A stretch of 64,000 bases of DNA from Clostridia bacterium. Its GTDB lineage: Bacteria > Bacillota > Clostridia > RUG12999. Below, one piece after another: positions 10,210 to 20,773 of the stretch; the first letter of the stretch is position 1; the number at the start of each line of letters is the position of its first letter. The stretch covers positions 19,590-83,589 of the forward strand of contig JAAWTG010000004.1 of NCBI GenBank assembly GCA_022801925.1, written 5' to 3'. The position numbers were made by a program, and so were the translations under genes. The notes below the pieces were generated by a model, which was given only the letters and a program-made list of their open reading frames with translations, was not told the DNA's origin and searched no databases.

Positions 10210-13200
10210 ATGTGGAAAAAATGGGTCTGTTTTACATTGGTTTTCAGTGCAATGCTGCTTTGTCTGACAGGAGTTTTTGCCGCAGGAGCAGCAGAAGATA
10301 CAAATGACATTGTATTTGAACGGGATTTTGAAGATGGATATAACTATCCTTGGAGTTATTCTGAGGCTGCTACCGGGCAATCGGCAAGCAACTCTCCATG
10401 GTATAAAAATATAGATGGAAAACTTGTTTTTGATACGGAGGAATACAAAGGGCAAGAATATCCGATAAAGAAAGCAGGTACACCATCTTATGCCAGAGCA
10501 AATTTTGGCGATAAAATTCAGGACGCCGAACAATATCAATATTTATATCAAGCGGAATTGAAATTTGAACGGGGATTTTCGCAAGTAGTTTACCAGCTTC
10601 GTTATGGAGCCTCCAATTGGGATGGTAACAAGACGAGAGATGTGACGCTGTTTGACACTACGGCAGACGGGAAACTTCGTTTCGGAAATTATTCTCAGCA
10701 GTTAGAACTTGGTGAGACTTATGGAATCAGTGTGCTGGTAGATGTGCGCGGAGAAACACGAAGCCGGACGTTATATATTGACGGAGAAGCTGTGTCAGAA
10801 AATCAGAGTACGGACGTAGGATTGAATCCGGATACGCAGCCGGACGCCAAAACTGTTTTTTCACAGGCATTGGTGATTCGACCCTATCAAGGTTCCGGTG
10901 AGAGCTATACATATTTGGATACTAAGATAACAGTGGATAATCAAAGATTGATAAGGATTCGGAATATAGACGCCATGATGGTGCAGGGAAAGAACCATTT
11001 GATTATTCCGCGCGGCGGCGAAGTGACAGAACAATATCAGGCAAACACTGTTTTTGCTAATAATATAGCTGCACAGTGGGAAGTAACACCGCAGGGGCAA
11101 GGCGTATCAATTAATGAAAACGGACTGCTGACCATATCTACAGAAGCGGTGGAAGGGAACTATCAAGTCACGGCAACAGAAGGCACAAAGAGTGCAGCAC
11201 TTGCAATTCATGTGGAAGCAATCAAACTATTCATCAGCGGCGAAAGTCGAATTATGCTGCCGCAGGGTGGAATCTACAGCATGATGCAATATGCGGTGCA
11301 GGACACGCTTGGGACGGACTATCCGGCGGAATTTGCTTTAGCAGCGGAACGTGATGGCATTTATATGTCACAGGACGGCACGCTGAGAATTTATAAACCG
11401 GATCTTTCCAATATGGATCCTATTCAGATAACAGCACAGGCTGAGGGTGAAACGATGACCCAAACGGTAACGCTTGCTACAGGATTTTTTGAGGATTTTT
11501 CTACGACTAACAGTTGGGGCAGCGTGCAGGTGGCAACGGAAGAAAACGGCAATCGGTATCTGAATGCAAACGGAACACGGTGCGATTCGCCTACGATTTC
11601 CGAAGCGGCTGATTTGGACGTCATCACAATGGAATACCGTTATCGGGTAGGCGAGGTGGCACGCGATGTTTCGCTGGGCGGCGCTTCGGCTTATAAACCG
11701 GACGGAACTGTGGATAACGGGAAATGGTGGCTTGCTTTTAATGCGCTGCAAAACGGCGATAAAGCGACGGTAACGCTGAAAGCAGATGCGAATAAAATTT
11801 ATAATAATGATGTTCCGCTGCAAGACGGAAATTGGATGAAGGTAAAATATGTTATTTCATGTCTTAATAAAACGATAGACTTATATCTGGATGACAAACC
11901 GATGCTGCAAGACGGCTCCTTGAATAACGATTTTTTCAATTATCGTATTCGCAGTATTATTAATACTGCACCGATAGATGACATTAAAATTTATTCAGGG
12001 AAAAAATTTGAAGCAAAAAAAGATGTTAAGGTTCAGATAGACACAGCGTCTAATCAGCCCAAAGCCGGCGTAGGCGGACAAACTACCGTGGAATTGGCAG
12101 CCAAAGTGCTGGATGCAGACGATAATGAGCTTAGCGGACATGATATCACATGGAGCGTTGCAGGCGCACCGGAAGGGGTTACGCTTTCAGGACAAAAGCT
12201 GCTGATTAACGAAAACGCACCGTCGGCATTTTTGCTTGGCGCTGAGATTAAAACGGCGCCGGATACATTGGTGCAAAAAGAAATCTGCCTGGTAGAAGCG
12301 GATGTATACATCGCGCAAAAAGACAATGTATTGACATTTACAGGGCAGCCGAATGCGAACTTTATTGTAACGGTATTCAGACCGAAGGATACCAGCAGTA
12401 TGACAACGTCTTTCTTGGCAAGTTATGATAAAGACGACGCCGGTGACAGCACGACTTTCTTTAAGCAGACACTACAAGCTGATGGAAGCGGAAAAGCGAC
12501 ATTAGATATGTCCAGCCATGCGCCGGGACTATATAAAGTTTATGCAAAAGATTCAGAAGATGGTGTAGATAATGCAATGAATATCTATCATCGAATGCAG
12601 GAATTGTTTACGACAAATGCGGCAGAAAACATAGCAGACCCGGCGTTTAAAACATTGCTGCTTGACTGTACAAATCAGCCAAAAGCGACAGTGGATGCGG
12701 CATGGGATACCTATCAGGGATTGAGCCGTAAAGAAGAGGCAGCAATGCTATGTGCTAAAGATATCAATGATTTTTATATCGCATGTGCGCTGATGGAGGC
12801 ACTGGACGGTAGTGCGTATAACAAAAATAAAACAGAAGCGTTGGCACAGACGTATTCCCAATATGATTTTGCAGGCGTTAAGCTGCTGGAAAAGAATATT
12901 GATTTCGGCGAAGTGGTTGATGCGGCAGCAGGAAAAAAAGCAAATAATGTGGCACAATTTTTAGAGGATATCAAAGAGCAGTCTATCTTGATAGGACTGA
13001 AAAAGCTGCCCAATGTGAACAATGCGAAAGTATTTTTAGCAGAATTGGATAATGCAAAATATAACGGTGCAACACCGGAACAAAAGAGTTATATTGCGGA
13101 GCAGGTGGGCAATAAAACATATGATTCCCTAGCGGAGGTAAATGCGGCAATTGACGCACTCACGTTGCCGACGGGTGGCAACACAGGGGATAACACAGGC

Positions 13201-13896
13201 GGCAATACGGGTGGAAATACAGGTGGCTCAGGCAGCGGCGGCGGAAGCGGCAGCCGACCGGGCGGCACAGGAGGAACTGCTTCCGGACGGCCCATAACTT
13301 CCGGAACGATTTATCCGGTCAATCCAGGTACCATGCCTCCAAGCCAAGGAACATCTCAAGGCGTACAGTTTACGGATGTAGGGCAAGTACACTGGGCATA
13401 TCCCTATATTCAAGGATTGGCAAAGAAAAGCATTGTCAATGGAGAAGGCGGTCGGTTTCGGCCGGAAGATAACTTGACAAGAGCGGAATTTGTAAAGATA
13501 TTGATGAGCGCATTTGCTCTGCCCACAGGCGGAACAGCCAATTTTGACGATGTATCGCAAGCAGATTGGTTTGCGCCCTATGTAGCGGGCGCACAGCAGG
13601 CGCAGCTTGTCAACGGCACCGGAAGTAATTTCCTGCCAAATGCCGCAATTTCACGGCAGGATGCAGTGGTGATGGCATACCGGTTTGCACAGGCGGCAGG
13701 TCGGTCATGGCAGTCTACAGCAGTGAACTTTGCAGATAGTGCGCAAATTGCAGATTATGCCAAGGAAGCAGTGTCAGCATTTGCATCAAATGGTATTGTG
13801 CAAGGTGTAGGTGAGGGAATGTTTATGCCGGAAGCAGCGGTGACGCGTGCGGAGGCGGCAAAAATTGTTTGTGGGATCATAGAAGGAGGCGTATAA
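10210..13896 (+). CDS. Large secreted protein with beta-rich (lectin/Ig-like) regions, Gly-rich linker and C-terminal SLH domains
   Basis: Signal peptide; three SLH repeats (FTDV..HWA..TRAE, FDDV..WF..SRQD, FAD..TRAE). No catalytic motif recognised. Confidence 0.8.
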   Translation: MWKKWVCFTLVFSAMLLCLTGVFAAGAAEDTNDIVFERDFEDGYNYPWSYSEAATGQSASNSPWYKNIDGKLVFDTEEYKGQEYPIKKAGTPSYARANFGDKIQDAEQYQYLYQAELKFERGFSQVVYQLRYGASNWDGNKTRDVTLFDTTADGKLRFGNYSQQLELGETYGISVLVDVRGETRSRTLYIDGEAVSENQSTDVGLNPDTQPDAKTVFSQALVIRPYQGSGESYTYLDTKITVDNQRLIRIRNIDAMMVQGKNHLIIPRGGEVTEQYQANTVFANNIAAQWEVTPQGQGVSINENGLLTISTEAVEGNYQVTATEGTKSAALAIHVEAIKLFISGESRIMLPQGGIYSMMQYAVQDTLGTDYPAEFALAAERDGIYMSQDGTLRIYKPDLSNMDPIQITAQAEGETMTQTVTLATGFFEDFSTTNSWGSVQVATEENGNRYLNANGTRCDSPTISEAADLDVITMEYRYRVGEVARDVSLGGASAYKPDGTVDNGKWWLAFNALQNGDKATVTLKADANKIYNNDVPLQDGNWMKVKYVISCLNKTIDLYLDDKPMLQDGSLNNDFFNYRIRSIINTAPIDDIKIYSGKKFEAKKDVKVQIDTASNQPKAGVGGQTTVELAAKVLDADDNELSGHDITWSVAGAPEGVTLSGQKLLINENAPSAFLLGAEIKTAPDTLVQKEICLVEADVYIAQKDNVLTFTGQPNANFIVTVFRPKDTSSMTTSFLASYDKDDAGDSTTFFKQTLQADGSGKATLDMSSHAPGLYKVYAKDSEDGVDNAMNIYHRMQELFTTNAAENIADPAFKTLLLDCTNQPKATVDAAWDTYQGLSRKEEAAMLCAKDINDFYIACALMEALDGSAYNKNKTEALAQTYSQYDFAGVKLLEKNIDFGEVVDAAAGKKANNVAQFLEDIKEQSILIGLKKLPNVNNAKVFLAELDNAKYNGATPEQKSYIAEQVGNKTYDSLAEVNAAIDALTLPTGGNTGDNTGGNTGGNTGGSGSGGGSGSRPGGTGGTASGRPITSGTIYPVNPGTMPPSQGTSQGVQFTDVGQVHWAYPYIQGLAKKSIVNGEGGRFRPEDNLTRAEFVKILMSAFALPTGGTANFDDVSQADWFAPYVAGAQQAQLVNGTGSNFLPNAAISRQDAVVMAYRFAQAAGRSWQSTAVNFADSAQIADYAKEAVSAFASNGIVQGVGEGMFMPEAAVTRAEAAKIVCGIIEGGV
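13174..13227 (+). repeat. Degenerate 12-nt tandem repeat encoding a (GGNT/GDNT)x4 linker
   Basis: ggtggcaacaca-ggggataacaca-ggcggcaatacg-ggtggaaataca-ggtggc. Confidence 0.75.
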
Positions 13897-13897
13897 A

Positions 13898-16570
13898 ATG
13901 AAAAAGAGAGTCTTCTCTATCATTCTGTGCGTCGTCATGGCAATTTCGATTGCCATGACGTCCGGTGCAGAAGATTCATTTGAAGCGGCTCCCTATGGTC
14001 AGGAAATACAGGTATTGCAAGATTTAGGTATCGTTGTAGCCGGAGAAGGTCAGGAGAATGGCAATAGTATCACGCGCGCTGAATTTGCGGCCGTTGTCAT
14101 GCGTGCGGTAGGTTATGGAGAATTAGCGTCAGCCGGCACAGCGGACACGGTGGCATATACGGATGTGCCGGAAAATCACTGGGCATATTCCTATATTATG
14201 TATGGCACAAAATTTGGATTTTTCAGAGGCGTTTCGGAAACGGAATTTGCACCGGACGAAGAGGTGCGGATGGATCAGGCAGTTTCCGTTTGTGTGAATA
14301 TGATTGGATATGGCAGAATGGCGGAAGCGCAAGGAGGGTATCCTGCCGGACACCTCTCTGTAGCAAGCAGCAAAAAACTTTTGAACGGTGTGCGTTCGAC
14401 AGACAGCAGCAAACCGGCGCGGCGCTCTGATGTATACCGTATGATTTATAATACGATACATGCCGATATGTTAATCTATACCAGCATAGGCAGCGAACTG
14501 ACTTATGAGGTATATCGGGACAGAAATCTGCTCACGGAAAACCATGGAATTTATCAGATGAATGGCGTTGTAACAGCAGATGATACGCTGGCGATTGAGG
14601 GCAGTAAAACGGATAAAGCCGGCACATTTCGTTTGCAGGGAATAGAGATTGATTCTGAACTGCCGCAGTCGAAAGGAAAAGTTGGACGCAATGTTAAATG
14701 TTACTATAAGACAGACGGCAACGAATTATATCAGGCGGTTGCCATATATGATAGGGACAACAACATTGTAACGCTCACACCGGACAATGTTTTGCAGTTT
14801 GACTATGGAAATGGTATTTATCAAGTAAATGACGGCAGCAGAAAAACGAATTTGTATATTGGGTCTCATTATGCGCTTGTCTATAACGGCGACCGGATAG
14901 AAATTAGCGATAAGACAATGATGCAGCCGTCTACCGGCAGCATTACGTTGATTGACAACAATACCGATGGTACCTATGATGTCATTTTTGTAGAGGAATA
15001 CTATAATTTGCTTGTTGGTTCTTATGACGCTTATAAGAATATTCTCTATGATAAAAAACCGGAAGAACCTGTGCCGGGTGAAAAATTTGAACGCAACGCG
15101 GTATTGGAACGCTATAGAACGATAGAAGGGAATGTGAATCCTGAAAAATTGGCGACCGGAACCATTGTTTCTGTGTATAAAAGCCCCAGTAAAGAAAAAA
15201 TACGGATGGAGGCTTCGTCCCAAACGGTAACAGGGTGTATCACGAGTACCTATTCCGATGCGAACGGGAATTTTCTGGAAATTGACGGCACTGCGTATAA
15301 AGTGTCCGGCGATGCACGATTTGCCTATGAAAGTTTGTCCGCAGGTAGCGATGTGAAATTGGTATTGGACGCAATGGGGCTTGCGGCATATGCAGAATTG
15401 TCAGTAGGACAAAAACAGGGATATTTTATTGAATTTAAGGCTTCGGCGGGTATGGAACCGTGCTGGACAAATGTCCTGCTGTCATCAGGTAAAGTGCGCG
15501 ATTATGCACTACGCTCCAAAGTGCGGCTGGAAACCAGTCAGGGAAGCGAATCTATTGCGGATAAAGAAGTTGCCAGACGTATAGGACAGTATGGAAGAGG
15601 GCTTATGCTATTTGAAACAGACGACCAGCAGCAAATCAGCAAAATTATTTTGCCGTGGGAAATCAATACGGCAGAGGAATATGCCAATTTGCCGCAGTAT
15701 CCGATTTTGAAAATGAACTATCTACTGGAAGCATGGCCAAATAAAACAAGTCAAAAAACATTCAAACGGTATATCAATGGGTTTGAAAACTGGTTGATTT
15801 TTGACCAGAATGCTATGATTTATACCGTGCCGGGTGAGCAAGAATCCTATGATAAAGACAATGTTTCTGTAACGGGAATTGATACATTTGAAGATAATGC
15901 AAGAGTTTCCGTGCCGGTGAGTACAACGGCGGCAAGAGTGGTGAATAACATTGACGTCTATAAAGTGGGAAATAGCAGTCCACTGCCTAATATTATGATT
16001 CATTATGCAAAAGCCACTGCAGCTATTGTAGAAGATAGAGAACCGGCGGTGGTGTCAAAGATAACAAAAGTAGTGGATGAGAAAGAGGGCGTTCCAACTA
16101 CGGCATTGACGCTGATTGCAGGTGGTAGGGAAGCGCAATACCAGATGATAGATAGCGGACTGCTTGTGCAAAATGGCGTCACAGTGCAAGTAGGAGACAT
16201 CGTGAAATATGGTCTGGACAGTAACGGAAAAATTACGTCGCTTCAGCTTCATTATTCCAGCAAAATACATGAAAATCTCTATAATGCGGCAACCAGCTTT
16301 AATAGTTCCGATATCATATACAGACTGGCGTGCGGAACTGTTACACGGGCGGAAGGAACCTATTTTGAAGTGGAGTTGCAAAACGGTGCGAACAAAAAAG
16401 TGGAACGCTATTTGTTTAACAATATGCGTGCAGTCGTTTGCGACATGCGGTGGGATAAAACGATAAAAACAGGTTCAACCGCAGATATTGCGGTGGGAGA
16501 CAAGGTTGTTCTATATTCCCGCTATCTACAGCATAAAATGGCAGTCATCTATAAGGAGGGAAATGAATGA
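13898..16570 (+). CDS. Secreted S-layer-like protein with N-terminal SLH domains
   Basis: Signal peptide; ITRAEF, YTDVPENHWA, FAPDEEV; beta-rich remainder with a DNNTDGTYD acidic loop. Starts 1 nt after the previous stop. Confidence 0.8.
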   Translation: MKKRVFSIILCVVMAISIAMTSGAEDSFEAAPYGQEIQVLQDLGIVVAGEGQENGNSITRAEFAAVVMRAVGYGELASAGTADTVAYTDVPENHWAYSYIMYGTKFGFFRGVSETEFAPDEEVRMDQAVSVCVNMIGYGRMAEAQGGYPAGHLSVASSKKLLNGVRSTDSSKPARRSDVYRMIYNTIHADMLIYTSIGSELTYEVYRDRNLLTENHGIYQMNGVVTADDTLAIEGSKTDKAGTFRLQGIEIDSELPQSKGKVGRNVKCYYKTDGNELYQAVAIYDRDNNIVTLTPDNVLQFDYGNGIYQVNDGSRKTNLYIGSHYALVYNGDRIEISDKTMMQPSTGSITLIDNNTDGTYDVIFVEEYYNLLVGSYDAYKNILYDKKPEEPVPGEKFERNAVLERYRTIEGNVNPEKLATGTIVSVYKSPSKEKIRMEASSQTVTGCITSTYSDANGNFLEIDGTAYKVSGDARFAYESLSAGSDVKLVLDAMGLAAYAELSVGQKQGYFIEFKASAGMEPCWTNVLLSSGKVRDYALRSKVRLETSQGSESIADKEVARRIGQYGRGLMLFETDDQQQISKIILPWEINTAEEYANLPQYPILKMNYLLEAWPNKTSQKTFKRYINGFENWLIFDQNAMIYTVPGEQESYDKDNVSVTGIDTFEDNARVSVPVSTTAARVVNNIDVYKVGNSSPLPNIMIHYAKATAAIVEDREPAVVSKITKVVDEKEGVPTTALTLIAGGREAQYQMIDSGLLVQNGVTVQVGDIVKYGLDSNGKITSLQLHYSSKIHENLYNAATSFNSSDIIYRLACGTVTRAEGTYFEVELQNGANKKVERYLFNNMRAVVCDMRWDKTIKTGSTADIAVGDKVVLYSRYLQHKMAVIYKEGNE

Positions 16571-19500
16571 TGAAAAAATGGATTGTATTCGGTGTTCTGA
16601 TATGCATGTTGCTGGGCTGCCTGCCATCTGCTGCCGCGGCGGGAAATATGGTAGTGGCTGATTTGACACAGATGACAGTATGCCAAGATGCCGGACTTCC
16701 GGCATCGGGAGAATATGTCAAATCAGGAAACTATACCATGAAATGGGCGGGAAGCGATTTGTTTCGCAATATTAGCATCAAAACGCAAAGACAAGACTTA
16801 TCTGCCGGTAATTATCTGGAAGTTTGGGTCTATTCCAAAACAAAAAGTGATGGCAGATTTACCATTGCGATGATAAGTGATGACAGCAGTACGGTATGTA
16901 CGGACTACTATTATACGACTGTTACTGCCAATTGGGCAGGATGGAAGCTGTTGTCCCTCAAATATACGGGGGAGGACAGCGATTTTCAGGTGGAAAGCAA
17001 ACCGGTCGGTTTAGAAAATATCAGTGAAATCCGGTTATGGCCTAACTACGGCGGCGCTTCTATGAAGGAAGATGCGGCGTTGTATTTTGACAAAATCACC
17101 TGTTCTGCTGAAAAAGGGGAGTCAGGTTCAGCGGGAGAGACGACCGGCAACATCTATATGATTGGAGATTTTTCCAAAGAAGAGAATGTGGCAAAAACAG
17201 GTTTTCCATCGTCAAGTGAACAAACACTGTCCGGTGAAGTGACGCTGAAATGGGCGGGCGCTTTCTTGGAAAAAGCGCCGAAAATGACCGCTCCTACAGA
17301 TTGGACGCCCTATACAACGCTTGTAATGGATATCTACTCAGAAAAAAATACAGGGTCAACATTTCGGATAGCCGCTATTTCCGACAATCCCGAAACAGAC
17401 GGTCAGGACTACTATATGTCGTCTTTTGCAGTGGACTGGACAGGGTGGAAAAAGCTTGTCTTGGTGACAGGAGAAGAGGCGAGTGATTTCACAAAAAGCC
17501 GTACGCCGCTTGGCTGGAATCAGATATCAGACGTTATTTTTTGGCCGGTATATGGCGGTGTTGGTCCGGACCCATCAACGGTATTGTATATAGATAAAAT
17601 CTATTTGACAGATCAGGAGGTAGAAAAACCGGTGTTTAATAATGATACAGACTATATTTTGCCAAGTCAGACAAAACCGGATTTTGAAGATGCGGTTGGA
17701 CTGATAAAGCAAAATCATCCAAACCAGTCGCATCCACGGCTGCTGCTGAATGCGCAGGACTTTGAAAATTTAAAAGAATTGGTGAAAACAGAACCGTATC
17801 TCATGCGCACCTATCAAAGCGTTATGGCAACGGCGGATGCGGCGCTAAAAGCGGACGTATTAACGTATGGAACGCCTGACGGCAAGCGGTTGCCCAGAAC
17901 AGCGCCAAATATGATGCCGCCGCTGGCAATGGCATATAAGCTGACGGGAGAAACAAAATATAAAGACCGTCTATGGCAGGAACTGGAAGCAGTTAGCGCC
18001 TTTCCGGACTGGAATCCCAGCCATTTCCTAGATGTGGGAGACTTTGCACGTGGTATGGCATATGCCTATGACTGGTTATATGATGACTGGACACCGCAGC
18101 AGCGGCGGATTATGCGTAATGCAATGGTGCGGCACGGCTTTGGACCGTCCATCAATTTGCTGCGTGGTAAAAGCGGATTTGCAGGACAGGTCAACAACTG
18201 GAACGAAGTCATCAATTCGGGACTGGGACTTGCGGCATTGGCATTTGGTGATGAGCCGGGTTATGAAGAATTGTGTAATGAAGTGATTAATTTAACGGTG
18301 GATAGTCTGCCGATTGGTTTGGCGCCTTTTGCGCCGGACGGCGCTTGTCCGGAGGGTCCGGGATATTGGAACTATGCAATGGAAACTTTTTTCCAATATA
18401 ATAGCGCTATGTTTACAGCTATGGAAACAGACTTTGGATTGACACAAATGGAAGGGATTGGGAAGACAGGATATTTTCCAGTATCGTTAATGGGACCAAC
18501 CGGACAAACATTCAATTTTGCAGACGGTGGTGCTGGAGCAGTACGCAATGGCGTGTTTTTCTGGATTGCGCAGTTGTTTGATCAACCGGAACTCGGCGGT
18601 TATCAGATGGAAACAGGTACGACAGGCACTTGGGCGGATTTGGCAATGTATCGACCGGATGAACGTCAAAAGGATTTTAGTAAAAATATGCCGCTGGACA
18701 ACATTTTCCGCGGAGAACAGGAAATTGCGACATTGCGCAATTCTTGGGCGGACAAGAATGCGCTGTATGTTGCTTTCAAAGGCGGTTCCAACCAAGCAAG
18801 CCATTGCGACTTAGATATGGGAGATTTTGTCATTGACGCGTTGGGCGTCCGTTGGATTTGTGAAATGGGTGCGGAATATTATGAAGCGCCCGGCATGTGG
18901 GATTTTGGAGCAGACGGCGGACGGTGGCTCTACTACAGAAAAAATCCGGAAGGACAGAACACGCTGGTGATTAACCCAACTGATAAGGTGGCGCAGAATG
19001 TTTATGCAACAGCACCCATTGAGACGTATGAAACCAGCGATGCCGCAGCATATGGCATTGTTGATTTGACAGAGGCATATAAGGACTATGCTAGGGAAGT
19101 GAAACGTGGCGTGGGACTGGTGAATAACCGCGGTACCGTTTTGGTACAAGATGAAATTAAAACTATGTCGCCATCGGAAATCTATTCGTTCTTCCATACG
19201 ACAGCAGATATTGAAATTGCAAATAGCAAAACAGCGTTTTTGAAAATCAATAATAAAAAAATGCGGGTAGATTTGTTGTCTAAAGACGGAAGCTTTGAAG
19301 CAATGGACGCAGCGCCGCTGCCGACCTCCAAACAACCGGATTATCCGCAGATGGACAATTCCGGCACACGGAAACTGGCAGTGCATCTGTTGAATGCAGT
19401 CAATCCTACGATTTCCGTGATGTTTACGCCTGTTGTGGAAGGACAGCCGGAAGGACAACTCCCGACGGTGCTGCCACTGTCAAACTGGGAACAGTATAAA

Positions 19501-20715
19501 AACGGCAGCGCGGCTTTGACCTCGCTGGCAGTAGACGGAATACCGGTGAATGGATTCTCACCGTATAATTTGCTGTACCGTGTTAGCACAGGAATTTCGG
19601 GGAAAGTTACCGCAACGGCAGATGCGGACATTGCCATTGATATCCGGCAGGCGGAAGGCGATGAATCGGCGGCGTTTGTAACGGCGAAATCCAAAAGCAC
19701 CGGACTGCAATCCATCTATTCGGTTTCGTTTGAAGCATATGAACCCTCTTTGTTTACAAAAGGGGTAAGAAAATATGAAATCAAGTCTGTCAAAGCGTCG
19801 GCAGTGCCGGAGGCGGTGAATATACCGGACAATACTATAGACGGAGACTATGATACTAAATGGGCGGCAGAAGGAGAAGAATGGATTGAATGGGATCTTG
19901 GGGAACCAAAACAAATTGATACGGTATCGCTTGCATTTATGAATGGTGACACACGTATTGCAAAATTCCGTTTGGAAACTTCGCAGGACGGCAGCATGTT
20001 TACGCCGGTGTTTGAAGGAACTTCCAGCGGAACCACCAATTATTTGGAACCATATTCCTTCCCGAAAACAACTGCCCGCTATATCAGATTTGTGAACCTA
20101 GGAAACAGCGTAAACAATTGGGTATCGCTCACAGAAGTGAACATTCCGGAAATCGTGGAGAGGTTTGCGGACGCGGCAAACCACTGGGCAAGCGAAGATA
20201 TTCAACTGTTCAATACATTAGGTATTGTCAATGGTGTAAGCGCAACAGAATTTGCGCCGGAAAATCCGGTGACGCGTGCAGAATTTTTGGCGATGGTAAC
20301 GAGGATTGCTTCCATGTCGCCCGGAAGTACATATCAGAATCAATTTAGTGACGTAGCAGCAGATGCATGGTATGCAGGAAATGTTCAGGCAGCAATGGAA
20401 CAAGGTATTCTGCCGGCAGAAATGGTGCAGGATGGAATGTTTAAACCAGAACAGAGTATCACCAGAGAAGAGATGGTTTCTATTATTGTTAAGACATATG
20501 CGGCAATAACAGGTCTAAACACTGCATCTGCTTCGCTGGATGGATTTACTGATGCAGCTTCCATCAGCGACTATGCGAAACCCTATGTACAACAGGCGTT
20601 AGCGTTGCATATTGTCAAAGGGCTTTCAGAAAATATGTTTGGACCAAAAGAACACGCAACGCGTGCGGAAACTGTTGTGATTGTCAAACGTCTGGCGACA
20701 CAAATATTAGAGTAG
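16567..20715 (+). CDS. SLH-anchored heparinase II/III-superfamily polysaccharide lyase with two tandem N-terminal modules and an F5/8 type C (CBM32-like) module
   Basis: HPRLL, WNPSHFLDVG, NNWNEVINSG, EGPGYWNY, HCDLDMGDF; NTIDGDYDTKW...WIEWDLG...ARYIRF; three C-terminal SLH repeats. ATGA overlap with the upstream gene. Confidence 0.85.
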   Translation: MMKKWIVFGVLICMLLGCLPSAAAAGNMVVADLTQMTVCQDAGLPASGEYVKSGNYTMKWAGSDLFRNISIKTQRQDLSAGNYLEVWVYSKTKSDGRFTIAMISDDSSTVCTDYYYTTVTANWAGWKLLSLKYTGEDSDFQVESKPVGLENISEIRLWPNYGGASMKEDAALYFDKITCSAEKGESGSAGETTGNIYMIGDFSKEENVAKTGFPSSSEQTLSGEVTLKWAGAFLEKAPKMTAPTDWTPYTTLVMDIYSEKNTGSTFRIAAISDNPETDGQDYYMSSFAVDWTGWKKLVLVTGEEASDFTKSRTPLGWNQISDVIFWPVYGGVGPDPSTVLYIDKIYLTDQEVEKPVFNNDTDYILPSQTKPDFEDAVGLIKQNHPNQSHPRLLLNAQDFENLKELVKTEPYLMRTYQSVMATADAALKADVLTYGTPDGKRLPRTAPNMMPPLAMAYKLTGETKYKDRLWQELEAVSAFPDWNPSHFLDVGDFARGMAYAYDWLYDDWTPQQRRIMRNAMVRHGFGPSINLLRGKSGFAGQVNNWNEVINSGLGLAALAFGDEPGYEELCNEVINLTVDSLPIGLAPFAPDGACPEGPGYWNYAMETFFQYNSAMFTAMETDFGLTQMEGIGKTGYFPVSLMGPTGQTFNFADGGAGAVRNGVFFWIAQLFDQPELGGYQMETGTTGTWADLAMYRPDERQKDFSKNMPLDNIFRGEQEIATLRNSWADKNALYVAFKGGSNQASHCDLDMGDFVIDALGVRWICEMGAEYYEAPGMWDFGADGGRWLYYRKNPEGQNTLVINPTDKVAQNVYATAPIETYETSDAAAYGIVDLTEAYKDYAREVKRGVGLVNNRGTVLVQDEIKTMSPSEIYSFFHTTADIEIANSKTAFLKINNKKMRVDLLSKDGSFEAMDAAPLPTSKQPDYPQMDNSGTRKLAVHLLNAVNPTISVMFTPVVEGQPEGQLPTVLPLSNWEQYKNGSAALTSLAVDGIPVNGFSPYNLLYRVSTGISGKVTATADADIAIDIRQAEGDESAAFVTAKSKSTGLQSIYSVSFEAYEPSLFTKGVRKYEIKSVKASAVPEAVNIPDNTIDGDYDTKWAAEGEEWIEWDLGEPKQIDTVSLAFMNGDTRIAKFRLETSQDGSMFTPVFEGTSSGTTNYLEPYSFPKTTARYIRFVNLGNSVNNWVSLTEVNIPEIVERFADAANHWASEDIQLFNTLGIVNGVSATEFAPENPVTRAEFLAMVTRIASMSPGSTYQNQFSDVAADAWYAGNVQAAMEQGILPAEMVQDGMFKPEQSITREEMVSIIVKTYAAITGLNTASASLDGFTDAASISDYAKPYVQQALALHIVKGLSENMFGPKEHATRAETVVIVKRLATQILE

Positions 20716-20732
20716 AGAGAATAAAAAAACAG

Positions 20733-20763
20733 AAAAGGCTTGGGAGTTTCCCGAGCCTTTTTT
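20733..20763. terminator. Bidirectional intrinsic terminator
   Basis: aaaaggcttggga-gtt-tcccgagcctttt between convergent genes. Confidence 0.85.
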
Positions 20764-20773
20764 CGATTCATAA

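Noticed and set aside
13174-13290. Short tandem repeats as a possible CRISPR or contingency locus
   Set aside because: In-frame Gly-rich linker with synonymous variation; no spacers or cas genes.
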